Notes: a model not told the origin generated them from the letters alone. A stretch of DNA of 64,000 bases from Methanomicrobiales archaeon (GCA_037137755.1 JBAXJR010000002.1:96001-160000); one strand, 5' to 3'; positions 40,477-51,047 are shown, counted from the first letter of the stretch. Translations and numbers: made by a program.

Positions 40477-41169
40477 ATGTCATTGCAAAAAATGTGTATC
40501 ATTATCGCACTTCTTGTTGCAGCCCTCGTGTTCTCCGCAGGGTGTACGCAACCTACGGTCAAAGATAAGGCGGTAATCCCAGCCACAACGCAAATTGGTA
40601 CCGCTGTTGCAACACCTGCTGCGACCCAGGCAGGGACCCCATTCATAACCCCCTCCGCATCACTAGGTACAACTACCTCTACTCCTGCCCCGGTAAAAGA
40701 CCAACAACGCGTGAAGCTCGAGACGACGATGGGGGACATTACCATTGCCCTTGATCCGGATATGCCCATCACCGCCGGGAATTTCGAATCACTCGTAAAG
40801 AAAGGCTACTATAACGGGGTGGTTTTCCACCGCATCATTAATGGATTTATGATCCAGGGCGGCGATCCGACGGGTACCGGTAGGGGCGGCCCGGGGTACA
40901 AGATTCCGGATGAGTTCACAAGCCACAACAAGAACGTCCGTGGCGCCATCGCAATGGCAAATTCAGGTCCTGATACAGGGGGCTCCCAGTTCTTCATCAA
41001 CCTTGTTGACAACAGCGTCCGGCCCACCTTTGATACCCATTACCCGGTATTCGGGAATGTTGTCGACGGAATGGATGTCGTGGATGCGATCGGAAAGGTG
41101 CCGACGTCCGGTTCACCAAATGACCGGCCGCTGCAAAATGTAACGATCATCCGTGCGGAATTGATCTGA
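40477..41169 (+). CDS. Cyclophilin-type peptidyl-prolyl isomerase with lipoprotein signal
   Basis: FSAGC lipobox, Thr-rich linker, FHRIINGFMIQGGD, AMANSGPDTGGSQFFIN. Confidence 0.93.
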   Translation: MSLQKMCIIIALLVAALVFSAGCTQPTVKDKAVIPATTQIGTAVATPAATQAGTPFITPSASLGTTTSTPAPVKDQQRVKLETTMGDITIALDPDMPITAGNFESLVKKGYYNGVVFHRIINGFMIQGGDPTGTGRGGPGYKIPDEFTSHNKNVRGAIAMANSGPDTGGSQFFINLVDNSVRPTFDTHYPVFGNVVDGMDVVDAIGKVPTSGSPNDRPLQNVTIIRAELI

Positions 41170-41257
41170 ACGGTAATTTTTTTTGGACGGAAAATTCAGA
41201 TTTATACCTAATTCAGGCTCTGTCAACAACCTGTATTTCATGAAAATTAAACGGTAT

Positions 41258-41405
41258 TCCATTGATAGGGGGTCGTTTCACCTCCTCATTGCCACGACCC
41301 CGGAAAGATGTTATGCGAGCAGGGTTCCCCCGAAGGGGTTTTCGAATATATCAGACATCAGAGAGAACAGTCCCTATCCCCACCGGGGTCGCCAAAGCGG
41401 CGGGG
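41258..41405. repeat. Structured non-coding dispersed element, copy A
   Basis: Shares the TCCATTG..AGGGGGT 5' block and the CCCTATCCC.ACC.GG..CGCCAAAGCGGCG.GG 3' block with 58408-58542. Hairpin between 41269-41276 and 41294-41301. Confidence 0.7.
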
Positions 41406-41618
41406 TTACACCATTTTCTGCTTTTTCGTTCTTTGCACCAGGACCAGGGCAACGTTTAACCCGAGCACGATTGCCCAGATGATGACTCCCGTCGCACTTC
41501 CCACCACGTAGCTATACATGATGGCGATGATCGAAACCCCAGTCAGGATATAATTCAGCCAGCTCATAGAGACCATATCTTTCTGGCCTGGCTTGTAATA
41601 TAGTATGTTGTTTTTCAC
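41406..41618 (-). CDS. Small two-TM membrane protein
   Basis: Two hydrophobic segments. GTGA overlap with the upstream ORF; start uncertain. Confidence 0.65.
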   Translation of the reverse strand: MKNNILYYKPGQKDMVSMSWLNYILTGVSIIAIMYSYVVGSATGVIIWAIVLGLNVALVLVQRTKKQKMV

Positions 41619-41842
41619 GGATCAAATGAGCCTCGTTCATTTTTCCCCGCCTTCAATACTTCAATCGTGGCAAAGACAATCGCTGCCTCGAGCGGGTCAT
41701 CAAAATATGCAAGTGCCGGGCCTTTTTGTTTCTCCATTAATTGCACCAGTTCAATCCCGTATTTCATATCCTGATCCGGTACATGGCGGACTATCCCTGA
41801 CCACCGTTCTGTCAGGCGTTGTATGTCTGTTGCAGTAACCAT
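41615..41842 (-). CDS. Hypothetical protein (75 aa)
   Basis: ATG start, protein-like composition (FDDPLEAA), coupled to the downstream ORF. Confidence 0.65.
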   Translation of the reverse strand: MVTATDIQRLTERWSGIVRHVPDQDMKYGIELVQLMEKQKGPALAYFDDPLEAAIVFATIEVLKAGKNERGSFDP

Positions 41843-42053
41843 TTGTCACGGAATTTTGATACCATGGTATATGGGATGCTGCCGTGGGTGGGGTGAAAGT
41901 GACTTCCTGATCGGTTTTCTCCGGGAAAAACTGGTTCTTCCCTGGTACGAAAATCACTCGTGCGCCAATTCGTAAACTCTGTTCCGATAAGTCTGTTTTG
42001 TTCTAAAAAAAGGAGATCTGGAAATGAGACCCCCGGAACCGCCCGGGAGTTTT

Positions 42054-43172
42054 TTAGCGTCGTGGTACGAGATACCCTGCGAAACAGAGTATACCCAGTG
42101 CCATGACCAGGACGAACGGGTCAGCGGCCGCTTTTTTCGTTGGTGTGGTTACCGGGATGGGGGACAATGCTGCGCTGAGCTGGATGTTCTGCCCGGCTAT
42201 CACCTGTCCGGTTGTAGAATAGGGCGTATATCCCTCCATCTTGATCTCCACCGTATATGTTCCAGGCTGGACTTTCTGGAACGAGAGGGGTGTTATACCT
42301 ACATATGCACCATTCACGTAGACATCCGCCTCACTCGGGGATGAAGAAATCTGGGCATTTGCCGTTGCCGGGGCCTGGCTCGCTGGTTGAAGGGCTGCAT
42401 TCGTCTGCACATTTTTCCCTGCCTGAATCGTCACCGAGGTTGCATAGTCCTGGTACCCTGACTTTGTCACGGTGACCGTATAACTGCCCGGTGCGAGGTT
42501 GACGATATCCAGGGAGTCATCCAGGGGAGTCACTCCCCGGAAGTCCCCGTTCAGGTAGACTGAGGCACCAGATGGTGTTGAGGAAACCTGGAGGTCACCG
42601 GTAACCGGGTTCTTTTCCGGGACGAGAGTTACAGTCACTGGCGTGCTCTGACCACTGGTCACGGTAATCGTATTTTCCCAGGTCTCATAGCCTGCCTCAT
42701 AGATCCCAACTTTATGTGGGCCTGCGGCAAGGTTACCGACAATCTGGTCTGTTTTCCCCTGGTAAATGTCATCGACATAGAAACCTACACCCCTGGGTGT
42801 CGTGGAGAGAGAGATACTACCGGGTGAAGTGACCCGGACAAGGTTCACATTTACGTTCTGGGTTGTCCCGGTAGTTACTTTTACTACCGAGGTGGAGGGC
42901 TGGTACCCTGGCATAGTAATCATTACGTTATGTACACCAGGCAGGACCGATGAAAACGTTCCCGGGGTGAATAACTGGTCCTCTCCACCATCAAGGACCG
43001 CAGGTGACCCTGGTGGGGTTGATACAACATAAATGCTGCCTGTGGTAAACGAATTTCCTGCCTGCGGGGTACTGGCCGTTGAAGACGCTGTGATCGTAAC
43101 GTCAGCTGCTGTACACCCGGTTATCGCAAGGGTGAGGATTAGCGCAACTATCAGAATTGAATTATGCTTCAT
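42054..43172 (-). CDS. PEGA-domain (x4) surface protein with C-terminal anchor
   Basis: Four (S/T).P.G/EA.V..(D/N)G....TP repeats with PG.H/Y.V...GY, and a TPTKKA-TM-RR tail. Confidence 0.9.
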   Translation of the reverse strand: MKHNSILIVALILTLAITGCTAADVTITASSTASTPQAGNSFTTGSIYVVSTPPGSPAVLDGGEDQLFTPGTFSSVLPGVHNVMITMPGYQPSTSVVKVTTGTTQNVNVNLVRVTSPGSISLSTTPRGVGFYVDDIYQGKTDQIVGNLAAGPHKVGIYEAGYETWENTITVTSGQSTPVTVTLVPEKNPVTGDLQVSSTPSGASVYLNGDFRGVTPLDDSLDIVNLAPGSYTVTVTKSGYQDYATSVTIQAGKNVQTNAALQPASQAPATANAQISSSPSEADVYVNGAYVGITPLSFQKVQPGTYTVEIKMEGYTPYSTTGQVIAGQNIQLSAALSPIPVTTPTKKAAADPFVLVMALGILCFAGYLVPRR

Positions 43173-43351
43173 GGGAATTACCTGTAACAAGGATCTTTAA
43201 TCCAGTTTATAAAACCTCCTGTTGATATCAGGTTCACCCCGGTAGTCAGTAGGCGGTACCCCGTTTATCAGGGTGAAGATCCCGGCTATCCGATTAAATC
43301 CGCGAAAAAATACAAAAAAACAGTGTATATCTGAATTTTTTATAGATACAA

Positions 43352-43358
43352 TTAAATA
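43352..43358 (+). promoter_or_regulatory. Putative TATA box of sepF (spacing suggests a leaderless mRNA)
   Basis: TTAAATA begins 29 nt before the sepF ATG, and no SD lies between them. Confidence 0.4.
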
Positions 43359-43380
43359 AGATTCAATCTACCTTTTTTTT

Positions 43381-43746
43381 ATGGGAAAAATCTTGAATTC
43401 CATTATGGGAAAGGGAGAGGAAGAGCGGAATATTGAGGATTATATGACGCTTGAAGTCCCCGAGGACATGGAAGCAACGAGCACGGCACTATTCGTCAAG
43501 ATTGCTACGGTGGGAGACATCAAGGACTGTCCCAGGATCAAGGATGAAATCTACAACGGGAACCTCGTCGTCATGGATATTGCCCAACTGCGGGCTGACA
43601 AAGTTATGTATGAACGTGTTCTCAAGGACATGAAAGAAGTTGCGAAAGACGTGAACGGAGATATCATAGGACTTGGAGAACAGAAATACATTATCATTAC
43701 ACCTGCAGGGGTCAAGATCTCCCGGGACAAACTCGGCGGGATGTGA
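43381..43746 (+). CDS. sepF: Cell division protein SepF (archaeal type)
   Basis: IKDEIYNGNLVVMDI...VNGDIIGLGEQKYIIITPAGVKISR. Confidence 0.9.
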   Translation: MGKILNSIMGKGEEERNIEDYMTLEVPEDMEATSTALFVKIATVGDIKDCPRIKDEIYNGNLVVMDIAQLRADKVMYERVLKDMKEVAKDVNGDIIGLGEQKYIIITPAGVKISRDKLGGM

Positions 43747-44090
43747 AAACCGGGAAATTTCATAATCAACCTGGTTTTACAGGCAAAAATAATACCAATA
43801 CGCGTTTTATGTAATATTTTTATAGATCTTCGTTCAACAGGAATAATGCCTGGGTGGCCTTAATTATCCATTGTATGGCCCCCAAATTGCAACGTTATGG
43901 GTACCCGGGACGAATACTATCTCTAACGGGAACCCGCTGCCAGTTTTTTGTGAGACCTTTGACCTCATGGGGGCCTGGATGTGGAACTGCCGAAATTAAG
44001 GGGTTTATTCCCGTTACTCCTCATACCTCCGAAATTTTTCGCAGTCAACGCTATATTGATCAGGTCATCCTCCTATATCTCGTGGTAACC

Positions 44091-46280
44091 ATGTTCCTCC
44101 ATAAATTCATACCATTAACACTTGCCACACTCATCCTTGTGGCAATACTGGTGTCGGGCTGTACGAATATCCCCGCCTTAACACCGGTAACGACTCCTGT
44201 TACAACGGACCTGAAGAAATTCAACTCGACTGCCGAAATTGAGCAGTATATCCGGGATTCGATGGCAAAGGACCAGCAGGACGGGTACCGTACCTATCCC
44301 GTGACTGGCATGAGATCCGGTGGCTGGGGTGCGGGATCTTCGGGTGGCCCACTACTGGCGAGCCAGGAATCGGCAAAGAACAGTATGCCGATCCCGGCAC
44401 CCGCTGCAATAGGGGCTGTTGATTTTTCCACTATCAGTTCAGGCGTTGGTGATTATTCAACCACCAATATACAGGTTGCAGGGGTGGATGAACCCGATAT
44501 CGTGAAGAACGACGCCCGGTACATCTACACGATATCCGGTCAGACCCTCACCATCGTCGATGCCTACCCGGCAGAAAAAGCCTCGGTTGTCTCGAAGACT
44601 GAAATTTCAGACACGCCAAAAGATCTCTTTGTAACAGGGGACCGTCTTGTACTCTTTACCCTTGGATATGAATCACCTGATCACCCGGTAGAAAAATCTG
44701 CAACCGGGATAGCAGAGATAATGCCACGGCGACCGGTATACAGCAATGCACCGGTCACCCACGTGGTCATTTACGATATCACCGACCGGTCCAGCCCGAA
44801 GGTGATGAAGGACTACACGATTGAAGGTGATTATACCGATGCCCGGATGATCGGCACCCTTGTCTACATGGTCACCCGCGAGCAGGTGTACCCGTACTAC
44901 AATGACCAGATTGTTGTGCCCACACTCCGCGAAGGGACAAAGACCATTGTCCAGCCAGATGTCTGGTACTTCGACAACCCCGACCAGCAGTACACGTTCA
45001 CCACCATTACTGCCATCGATGCAGCCACCGGGACTGAGAAAAACGCACAGACCTACCTGTTAGGCAATGGAAATATCCTCTATGTCTCACCGGAAGCGAT
45101 GTACGTCAGTTACCAGAAATACCACCCCGTTGTCTACCCGGTGAGGGGGGGAATGGAAATAGCAAAGCCAATGCCTGCACCCGTGAGCGGGATTGCAGTC
45201 TCCGGGGCTTTGGGCTCAGTCTCATCGGCACCGGCCCCGCAGGACTTCAACGCCATGAGTGAAGGCGACCGGCAGGCGATCATCAGCGGTCTCCGGAGTG
45301 GCGAGCAGGATGCGATCCGGCGGCAGGAGGCAGACCAGACCTCTACGGTCATCCACAAGATCGCGATAAAGGACGGGACGATCCAGTATGTCGCGAAAGG
45401 TGAAGTCCCCGGGACCCTGAAGAACCAGTTTTCGATGGACGAGTATAACAATAATCTCCGCGTGGCGACCTCATCAAGTGTCTACACCACGTCCGGACAA
45501 TATACTTATAACAATGTCTACGTCCTCAACGGCCAGATGGAGCGGATTGGAGCGCTGACCCATCTCGCAGAGCAGGAGACTATATACTCCACACGGTTTA
45601 TCGGTGACCGGCTCTACATGGTGACCTTCAAGCGGATCGACCCGTTCTTCGTGATCGACCTTTCAACACCATCAAGCCCGAAAGTCCTTGGAAAACTGAA
45701 GATCCCCGGGTATTCCGATTACCTGCACCCGTATGACGCAACGCATATCATCGGTATCGGCAAGGAAACTGCGACCAATGAATGGGGCGGTGTTTCCACG
45801 AGCGGGGTCAAACTGGCCCTCTTCGATGTCTCTGATGTGACGAGCCCGAAACTGCTCGACAAGGTGCAGATCGGTGACGCAGGCTCTGACTCTGCAGCAC
45901 TCACCGATCACCATGCATTCCTTTTCGATCGGAACAAGAACCTCCTCGTCATCCCGATCCGGGCGGTATCCATGAGCCAGGTCCGTAAAGGGGACTATTA
46001 CAACAACCAGCCGCAGGCATGGTATGGGGCGTATGTATTCGGCCTTACCCCAAAAACCGGGTTCGTCCTCAAAGGCACTGTGCAGCACGGTACAGGGGAT
46101 AACGGGTACTATTACTACGGTAGCTCGGGGGCGGATGTGAAACGTTCACTCTACATCGGGAACGTCCTCTATACCATGTCCTCAAAACAGATCAAGGCAA
46201 ACTCCCTTGACAACATTAATTCTACGATCTCAACGATCCCCTTACCGGGTACTGGCGATGTGTATTATCCGATGGTATAA
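44091..46280 (+). CDS. Secreted beta-propeller domain lipoprotein (COG4880-like)
   Basis: LVSGC lipobox, YSTTNIQVAGVDEPDIVKND, NQFSMDEY, LKIPGYSDYLHP. Start trimmed to 44091. Confidence 0.9.
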   Translation: MFLHKFIPLTLATLILVAILVSGCTNIPALTPVTTPVTTDLKKFNSTAEIEQYIRDSMAKDQQDGYRTYPVTGMRSGGWGAGSSGGPLLASQESAKNSMPIPAPAAIGAVDFSTISSGVGDYSTTNIQVAGVDEPDIVKNDARYIYTISGQTLTIVDAYPAEKASVVSKTEISDTPKDLFVTGDRLVLFTLGYESPDHPVEKSATGIAEIMPRRPVYSNAPVTHVVIYDITDRSSPKVMKDYTIEGDYTDARMIGTLVYMVTREQVYPYYNDQIVVPTLREGTKTIVQPDVWYFDNPDQQYTFTTITAIDAATGTEKNAQTYLLGNGNILYVSPEAMYVSYQKYHPVVYPVRGGMEIAKPMPAPVSGIAVSGALGSVSSAPAPQDFNAMSEGDRQAIISGLRSGEQDAIRRQEADQTSTVIHKIAIKDGTIQYVAKGEVPGTLKNQFSMDEYNNNLRVATSSSVYTTSGQYTYNNVYVLNGQMERIGALTHLAEQETIYSTRFIGDRLYMVTFKRIDPFFVIDLSTPSSPKVLGKLKIPGYSDYLHPYDATHIIGIGKETATNEWGGVSTSGVKLALFDVSDVTSPKLLDKVQIGDAGSDSAALTDHHAFLFDRNKNLLVIPIRAVSMSQVRKGDYYNNQPQAWYGAYVFGLTPKTGFVLKGTVQHGTGDNGYYYYGSSGADVKRSLYIGNVLYTMSSKQIKANSLDNINSTISTIPLPGTGDVYYPMV

Positions 46281-46484
46281 GGGAGAACAATCACCGTAAC
46301 CCATCCTATTTTTAATAACCCTGACCCTTTTCCCGGAAGTGGCTCCGGGAATTAAATTTTAATTATAATGGCTTTATTCAGCAAAATACTCCCATATCAT
46401 CGACTTACAATTAGCCCGATCTACACGATGGATACCTTTATTGCCTCACAGTGGATTGATGGAGCTTACCAGGTTGTGGGTCTC

Positions 46485-46649
46485 ATGACATTGTGTAAAC
46501 ATTGTGGATTTGACGCCTCCGATGAGGCAATTTACTGTATTATGTGTGGGAAAAAACTAAAAACCACTGAAGAATCGCATGGCGGGGTAATGATTCACCT
46601 TAAAAACATGTTACGTGGCCATACTGCGGATGAAGAGATAACGGTATAA
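46485..46649 (+). CDS. Zinc-ribbon small protein
   Basis: MTLCKHCG...AIYCIMCGKKL. Confidence 0.7.
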   Translation: MTLCKHCGFDASDEAIYCIMCGKKLKTTEESHGGVMIHLKNMLRGHTADEEITV

Positions 46650-46886
46650 AACCTTTTTCCTAGAACAGGGAACCTCTCCGTGTCATATCAATAGGGCTTG
46701 ATTTTTAATTTTTTATAAAAAGCACTGAACCCTGGTCCCTGAATTTTGTTCTGCGGCAGCGTTTGCGCCGCCACCATTTCGCACTCCCCTGAGGTCCCGA
46801 CAGTACCATTATAACCCCGTGTTCCCGATAGTGGATTAGCGGACTTACGAATCAATGATTGATGAGGCGTAACAATATGGCCGGGG

Positions 46887-48785
46887 TTGGAACGATTGGG
46901 ATACGATGATGTGTACAGGCGGTCAATTGAGCACCCCCTGGAATTCTGGGGGCAGGCTGCCGAATCTGTACATTGGTACCGCACATGGGACCGTGTTCTT
47001 GACAACAGTAACCCGCCGTTTACCCGCTGGTTTAGTGGCGGTATGCTGAACAGCTGCTATAATGCACTTGATCGTCACGTAGAAACCGGTAGGGCAGACC
47101 AGATCGCATTGATTTACGACAGCCCGGTCACCAGCACCATAAAAAAATATACCTACCGGGAGTTACGTGACAGCGCAGCACAATGTGCAGGCGGCCTTAC
47201 CCGGCTGGGTGTCAAAAAAGGTGACCGTGTTGTCATCTACATGCCAATGATCCCAGAGGCAGTTATTTCGATGCTCGCATGTGCACGCATCGGGGCAATC
47301 CACTCGGTAGTCTTTGGTGGATTTGCGCCAAAAGAACTCGCGACCCGGATCGAGGACGCAACGCCCAGGGTAGTGATGTGTTCTTCGTGCGGGATCGAGG
47401 TAAACAGGATAATACCCTACAAACCGCTCCTGGATTCAGCAATAGATCTCTGCACGCACAAACCCGAAGCGTGCGTTATCGTCCAGCGACCCGAGGCGAG
47501 TGTCCCTCTTATTGAGGGCCGGGACTATGACTGGTCCGCCTTCATGGAGGGAGCACCCGCAGACTGCGTACCGGTTGCTGCAACAGACCCGCTTTATATT
47601 CTCTATACCTCAGGCACTACCGGGAAACCGAAAGGTGTCCTCCGGGATAACGGGGGCCACCTCGTCGCCCTCGCATGGAGTATGAAAAATATTTATGGCG
47701 TGGAACCAGGGGAAGTATACTGGGCTGCTTCCGATATTGGTTGGGTTGTAGGGCACTCCTATATCGTGTACGGCCCGTTGTTCAATGGGTGTACGTCTGT
47801 CATCTACGAGGGCAAATCAGTGGGTACTCCGGACCCGGGTGCGTTCTGGCGGGTCATTTCAGAGCACGGTGTATCGGTACTATTCTGTGCACCTACTGCA
47901 TTCCGGGCTATACGAAGGGAAGACCCGGAAGCCCGCTATCTTCGGAACTATGACCTTTCCTCGCTCAGGATGTTATTCCTTGCCGGTGAGCGGTGCGACC
48001 CTGATACCCTTGCCTGGGCAAAGGAACAGCTTGGTGTCCCGGTGATAGATCACTGGTGGCAGACTGAGACCGGCTGGTCTATCGGTGCAAACTGTGCCGG
48101 GATTGAATTACTCCCGGTACGTCCCGGTTCCTGCACGAAAGCCGTGCCCGGTTATGATATCAGTGTCTTTGATACTGAAGGGAAACAGGTAGCCCCGGGG
48201 CAAAATGGCAATATCGTGATAAAATCCCCGCTCCCTCCCGGTTGCCTGACGACGCTCTGGCAGAATGATGCCGACTTTGTGAGGACATACTTCTCAACAT
48301 ACCCGGGCTATTATTACACCTCTGATGCAGGATATATCGATCCGGATGGATATCTATGGATTATGGGGAGGACGGACGATATTATTAATATTGCCGGTCA
48401 CCGTCTCTCAACCGGGGCAATGGAGGAGGTGCTGTCCCACCACCCCGATGTGGCCGAATGTGCCGTAACCGGGGTACATGACCCGGTTAAAGGAGAAGTC
48501 CCGGTGGGGTTTATCGTCCTGAAGTCCGGGCGTTCCCGTGTCCCGGCTGATATTGAGCGGGAGCTGGTCCTGATGATGAGGGAGAGGATTGGACCGATTG
48601 CGTCCTTCAAGGAAGTATCCGTGGTAAAGCGGCTGCCAAAGACCCGTTCTGGCAAGGTACTCAGGGGGACGATTAAGAAGATTGCGGATGGCGTGGCATT
48701 TTCGGTCCCCCCGACGATAGACGACCCGGTAGTCCTCGATGAGATCAGGGATGTCCTCATGGGACGCGGGTACCCGAAAGGATGA
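46887..48785 (+). CDS. prpE: Propionyl-CoA/acetyl-CoA synthetase (AMP-forming, PrpE-like)
   Basis: YTSGTTGKPKG, HSYIVYGPL, DHWWQTETG, GRTDDIINIAGHRL, PKTRSGK. Start codon uncertain. Confidence 0.85.
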   Translation: MERLGYDDVYRRSIEHPLEFWGQAAESVHWYRTWDRVLDNSNPPFTRWFSGGMLNSCYNALDRHVETGRADQIALIYDSPVTSTIKKYTYRELRDSAAQCAGGLTRLGVKKGDRVVIYMPMIPEAVISMLACARIGAIHSVVFGGFAPKELATRIEDATPRVVMCSSCGIEVNRIIPYKPLLDSAIDLCTHKPEACVIVQRPEASVPLIEGRDYDWSAFMEGAPADCVPVAATDPLYILYTSGTTGKPKGVLRDNGGHLVALAWSMKNIYGVEPGEVYWAASDIGWVVGHSYIVYGPLFNGCTSVIYEGKSVGTPDPGAFWRVISEHGVSVLFCAPTAFRAIRREDPEARYLRNYDLSSLRMLFLAGERCDPDTLAWAKEQLGVPVIDHWWQTETGWSIGANCAGIELLPVRPGSCTKAVPGYDISVFDTEGKQVAPGQNGNIVIKSPLPPGCLTTLWQNDADFVRTYFSTYPGYYYTSDAGYIDPDGYLWIMGRTDDIINIAGHRLSTGAMEEVLSHHPDVAECAVTGVHDPVKGEVPVGFIVLKSGRSRVPADIERELVLMMRERIGPIASFKEVSVVKRLPKTRSGKVLRGTIKKIADGVAFSVPPTIDDPVVLDEIRDVLMGRGYPKG

Positions 48786-48864
48786 GTGCCTGGCTTCAAT
48801 GGCACCCGTCCGAATCCCGGGCGAACCATTATCACGAACAAGGGACGGTGTGGTATCCCGCGTT

Positions 48865-50208
48865 TCAGGCCATCCCATTCTCTCGTCCGAACCGGTAGGC
48901 TCCCCTTGGAGCAAAAATCTCAAATCTTGCTCCTACCCCTGGTGTTCCCGTCTCGCTGATGGAAAGGTTTGTGATCGCGAGGATCTCCCTGCCCAGGAAC
49001 AGACCGAATCCGGTATTTTTAAAGTATTCCCTCCTGAAAATCTTCTCCTTCTCGGAACCAGGGACTCCTGTTCCGTTGTCCTCCAGCACCAGCGTGAGGC
49101 CTTCCGTGGTTTCTACAGACCTGATGGTAATTTCTGTTACACCTTCCCCGTGCCGGATCGAGTTCTCGACCAGGTTGTAAAAGACTTTTTCAAGCAGGGG
49201 ATCGGCATAAATCTCAACCTGCTGGAGATCGACCGTAACTCTTACCCCGGCCAGGTCAATCGTTGCAATAGCGAGTGATACCGTCTCCCCGATGTTGTAC
49301 CACCCTGGCGAATGAACCCCTATATTCTGGTAATCCCGGGTGAAAAGGATCTGTTTTTTGATCGCCTCTGCGGCCTGTTCTTCCTTTGTTATATACGTGA
49401 TCAGCTGCGGGTCTGTTGTATCCTGGCGGGAGAGCTCGAGGAAGCCGATGAGTACGGTCAGCTGGTTGAGGATGTCATGCCGCGTTACGTTATTGAGCAG
49501 GTTGAGCTTGTTATTGGCCTGGGACAGGGCTTCCATGGCCTGCTTATGATCTGTAATGTCTACTGCGGTGCAGATGATTACCGGTGTTTCGCAGTCGACT
49601 GCGGAAACAAGCGCCCATCGCAGAGAACCGTCCGAAGCCAGCAGGCTCACTTCAATATCCCTGATCCGGTGCAGGTTATAGACCTGGCTTAAAAAATTGT
49701 CACGCACCGCCGCATCCGGAATTATATCGATGAGCGTTTTCTTCTTCAGGTCGTCGCAGTTGTACCCAAGAATCGTGCAGAATTTCTGGTTTGCCTTGTT
49801 TATTTTCAGGTTGACTTTATCGTAACTAAATGCACCAGCCTGCGAATTGTAATATAACCCACAATTTTTCTCTCCCTCCCTGCGGTATGCTTTTGAATAT
49901 GTCGAGATGAGAACCCCGAGGGAGACAAAGATATAGAACCAGATCGTGGCAATGGTGTAGCTCCGGGCATCCGGCAACCCGAAGAGAAAGACGAGGGCCA
50001 GGTATACCCAGCCCAGGAGGACCGTCCCGAAAATACTCAGTTTCGGGTGTGAAAAAGCAATGAGTACGAGCGGGATAATGTAAAAGAAGGGGAATACATC
50101 GTAAATGCCGATTGAAAGGCTCCACCATGTAATAAGGATGGCTGTAATTGTGCTTACGATGATGCAGATATCAAACAATAACAACTTGGCTGGGGTAATA
50201 GGCTGCAT
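48865..50208 (-). CDS. Membrane-integral PAS histidine kinase
   Basis: About 4 N-terminal TMs, one PAS, H-box TRHDILNQ, intact ATPase boxes. Confidence 0.93.
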   Translation of the reverse strand: MQPITPAKLLLFDICIIVSTITAILITWWSLSIGIYDVFPFFYIIPLVLIAFSHPKLSIFGTVLLGWVYLALVFLFGLPDARSYTIATIWFYIFVSLGVLISTYSKAYRREGEKNCGLYYNSQAGAFSYDKVNLKINKANQKFCTILGYNCDDLKKKTLIDIIPDAAVRDNFLSQVYNLHRIRDIEVSLLASDGSLRWALVSAVDCETPVIICTAVDITDHKQAMEALSQANNKLNLLNNVTRHDILNQLTVLIGFLELSRQDTTDPQLITYITKEEQAAEAIKKQILFTRDYQNIGVHSPGWYNIGETVSLAIATIDLAGVRVTVDLQQVEIYADPLLEKVFYNLVENSIRHGEGVTEITIRSVETTEGLTLVLEDNGTGVPGSEKEKIFRREYFKNTGFGLFLGREILAITNLSISETGTPGVGARFEIFAPRGAYRFGRENGMA

Positions 50209-50547
50209 AGACGGAACTCACCTGTAGGGACTCCCGGTACCCTTTTTTATTGGCCGGTAATGAACAGTTGCGACTATCATCAATAAAGCTATTGAGCGTT
50301 ACAGAATATCCTGGTATTCGAATACCCAGTTATCGTGGCTCCAGGCATATCAGGAGGGCAATTTAAAAAAAGTGTGTGACTAAAAAAGCCACTAACCCCT
50401 GACCAGGCGCCTAATATCCCCCGCTATAATAAAGTGGGTAGTTTCCACCCGGTGGTGAAAGCATTGCCCGGGGATTTGCCCTGAAACGTTCCATAAGCGT
50501 GTCGTACAATGGTGAGACCGTTTTACCTGTTGCTGAATAGGCTGGCC

Positions 50548-50814
50548 TTAATACTGTAACCGAGACGCATATCGTGAACTATTCCATAGAGCAGTTGTTG
50601 TAATAAGACCTGAACCTTCACCCGGCTTCATGGGGGACAGGGTCATCTGTACTGGCGAAGCCGATAAGAGCATGGGATTAATCGCAACTAATCCGGTATC
50701 AGGGTCTGCATACGGCCCTGCATTTTCATCAGCAAGCACCGGCACCCCGGTTACGGTGAGACTGAGGGCTATCAGGACGAGGATGAAACCCCGTTTCGAA
50801 GTATTGAACTTCAT
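50548..50814 (-). CDS. Short secreted hypothetical protein, possibly frameshifted
   Basis: Signal peptide MKFNTSKRGFILVLIALSLTVTGVPVLA. Another frame continues to a TAG at 50411-50413. Confidence 0.45.
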   Translation of the reverse strand: MKFNTSKRGFILVLIALSLTVTGVPVLADENAGPYADPDTGLVAINPMLLSASPVQMTLSPMKPGEGSGLITTTALWNSSRYASRLQY

Positions 50815-51047
50815 TGTACTACCTAAATGTCCTGCCTGGTGACTGTCGGATATGGACCCCAACCCGGCTGGCAGAGTGCTTTTCTGTATTGGCTCCTAGT
50901 AAAATACTGGCAAACAGACAGTAACGGGAAATGTTAGTTAAACCCGGCCGGGCTATTTTTCAGGAAGCTTAGTTCATCCGGTGTCTACTACCCAGGGTAG
51001 GTTGTCATCATTCCGGGGCTTTTAAAGCCAGAAATCTCCTCACTACC

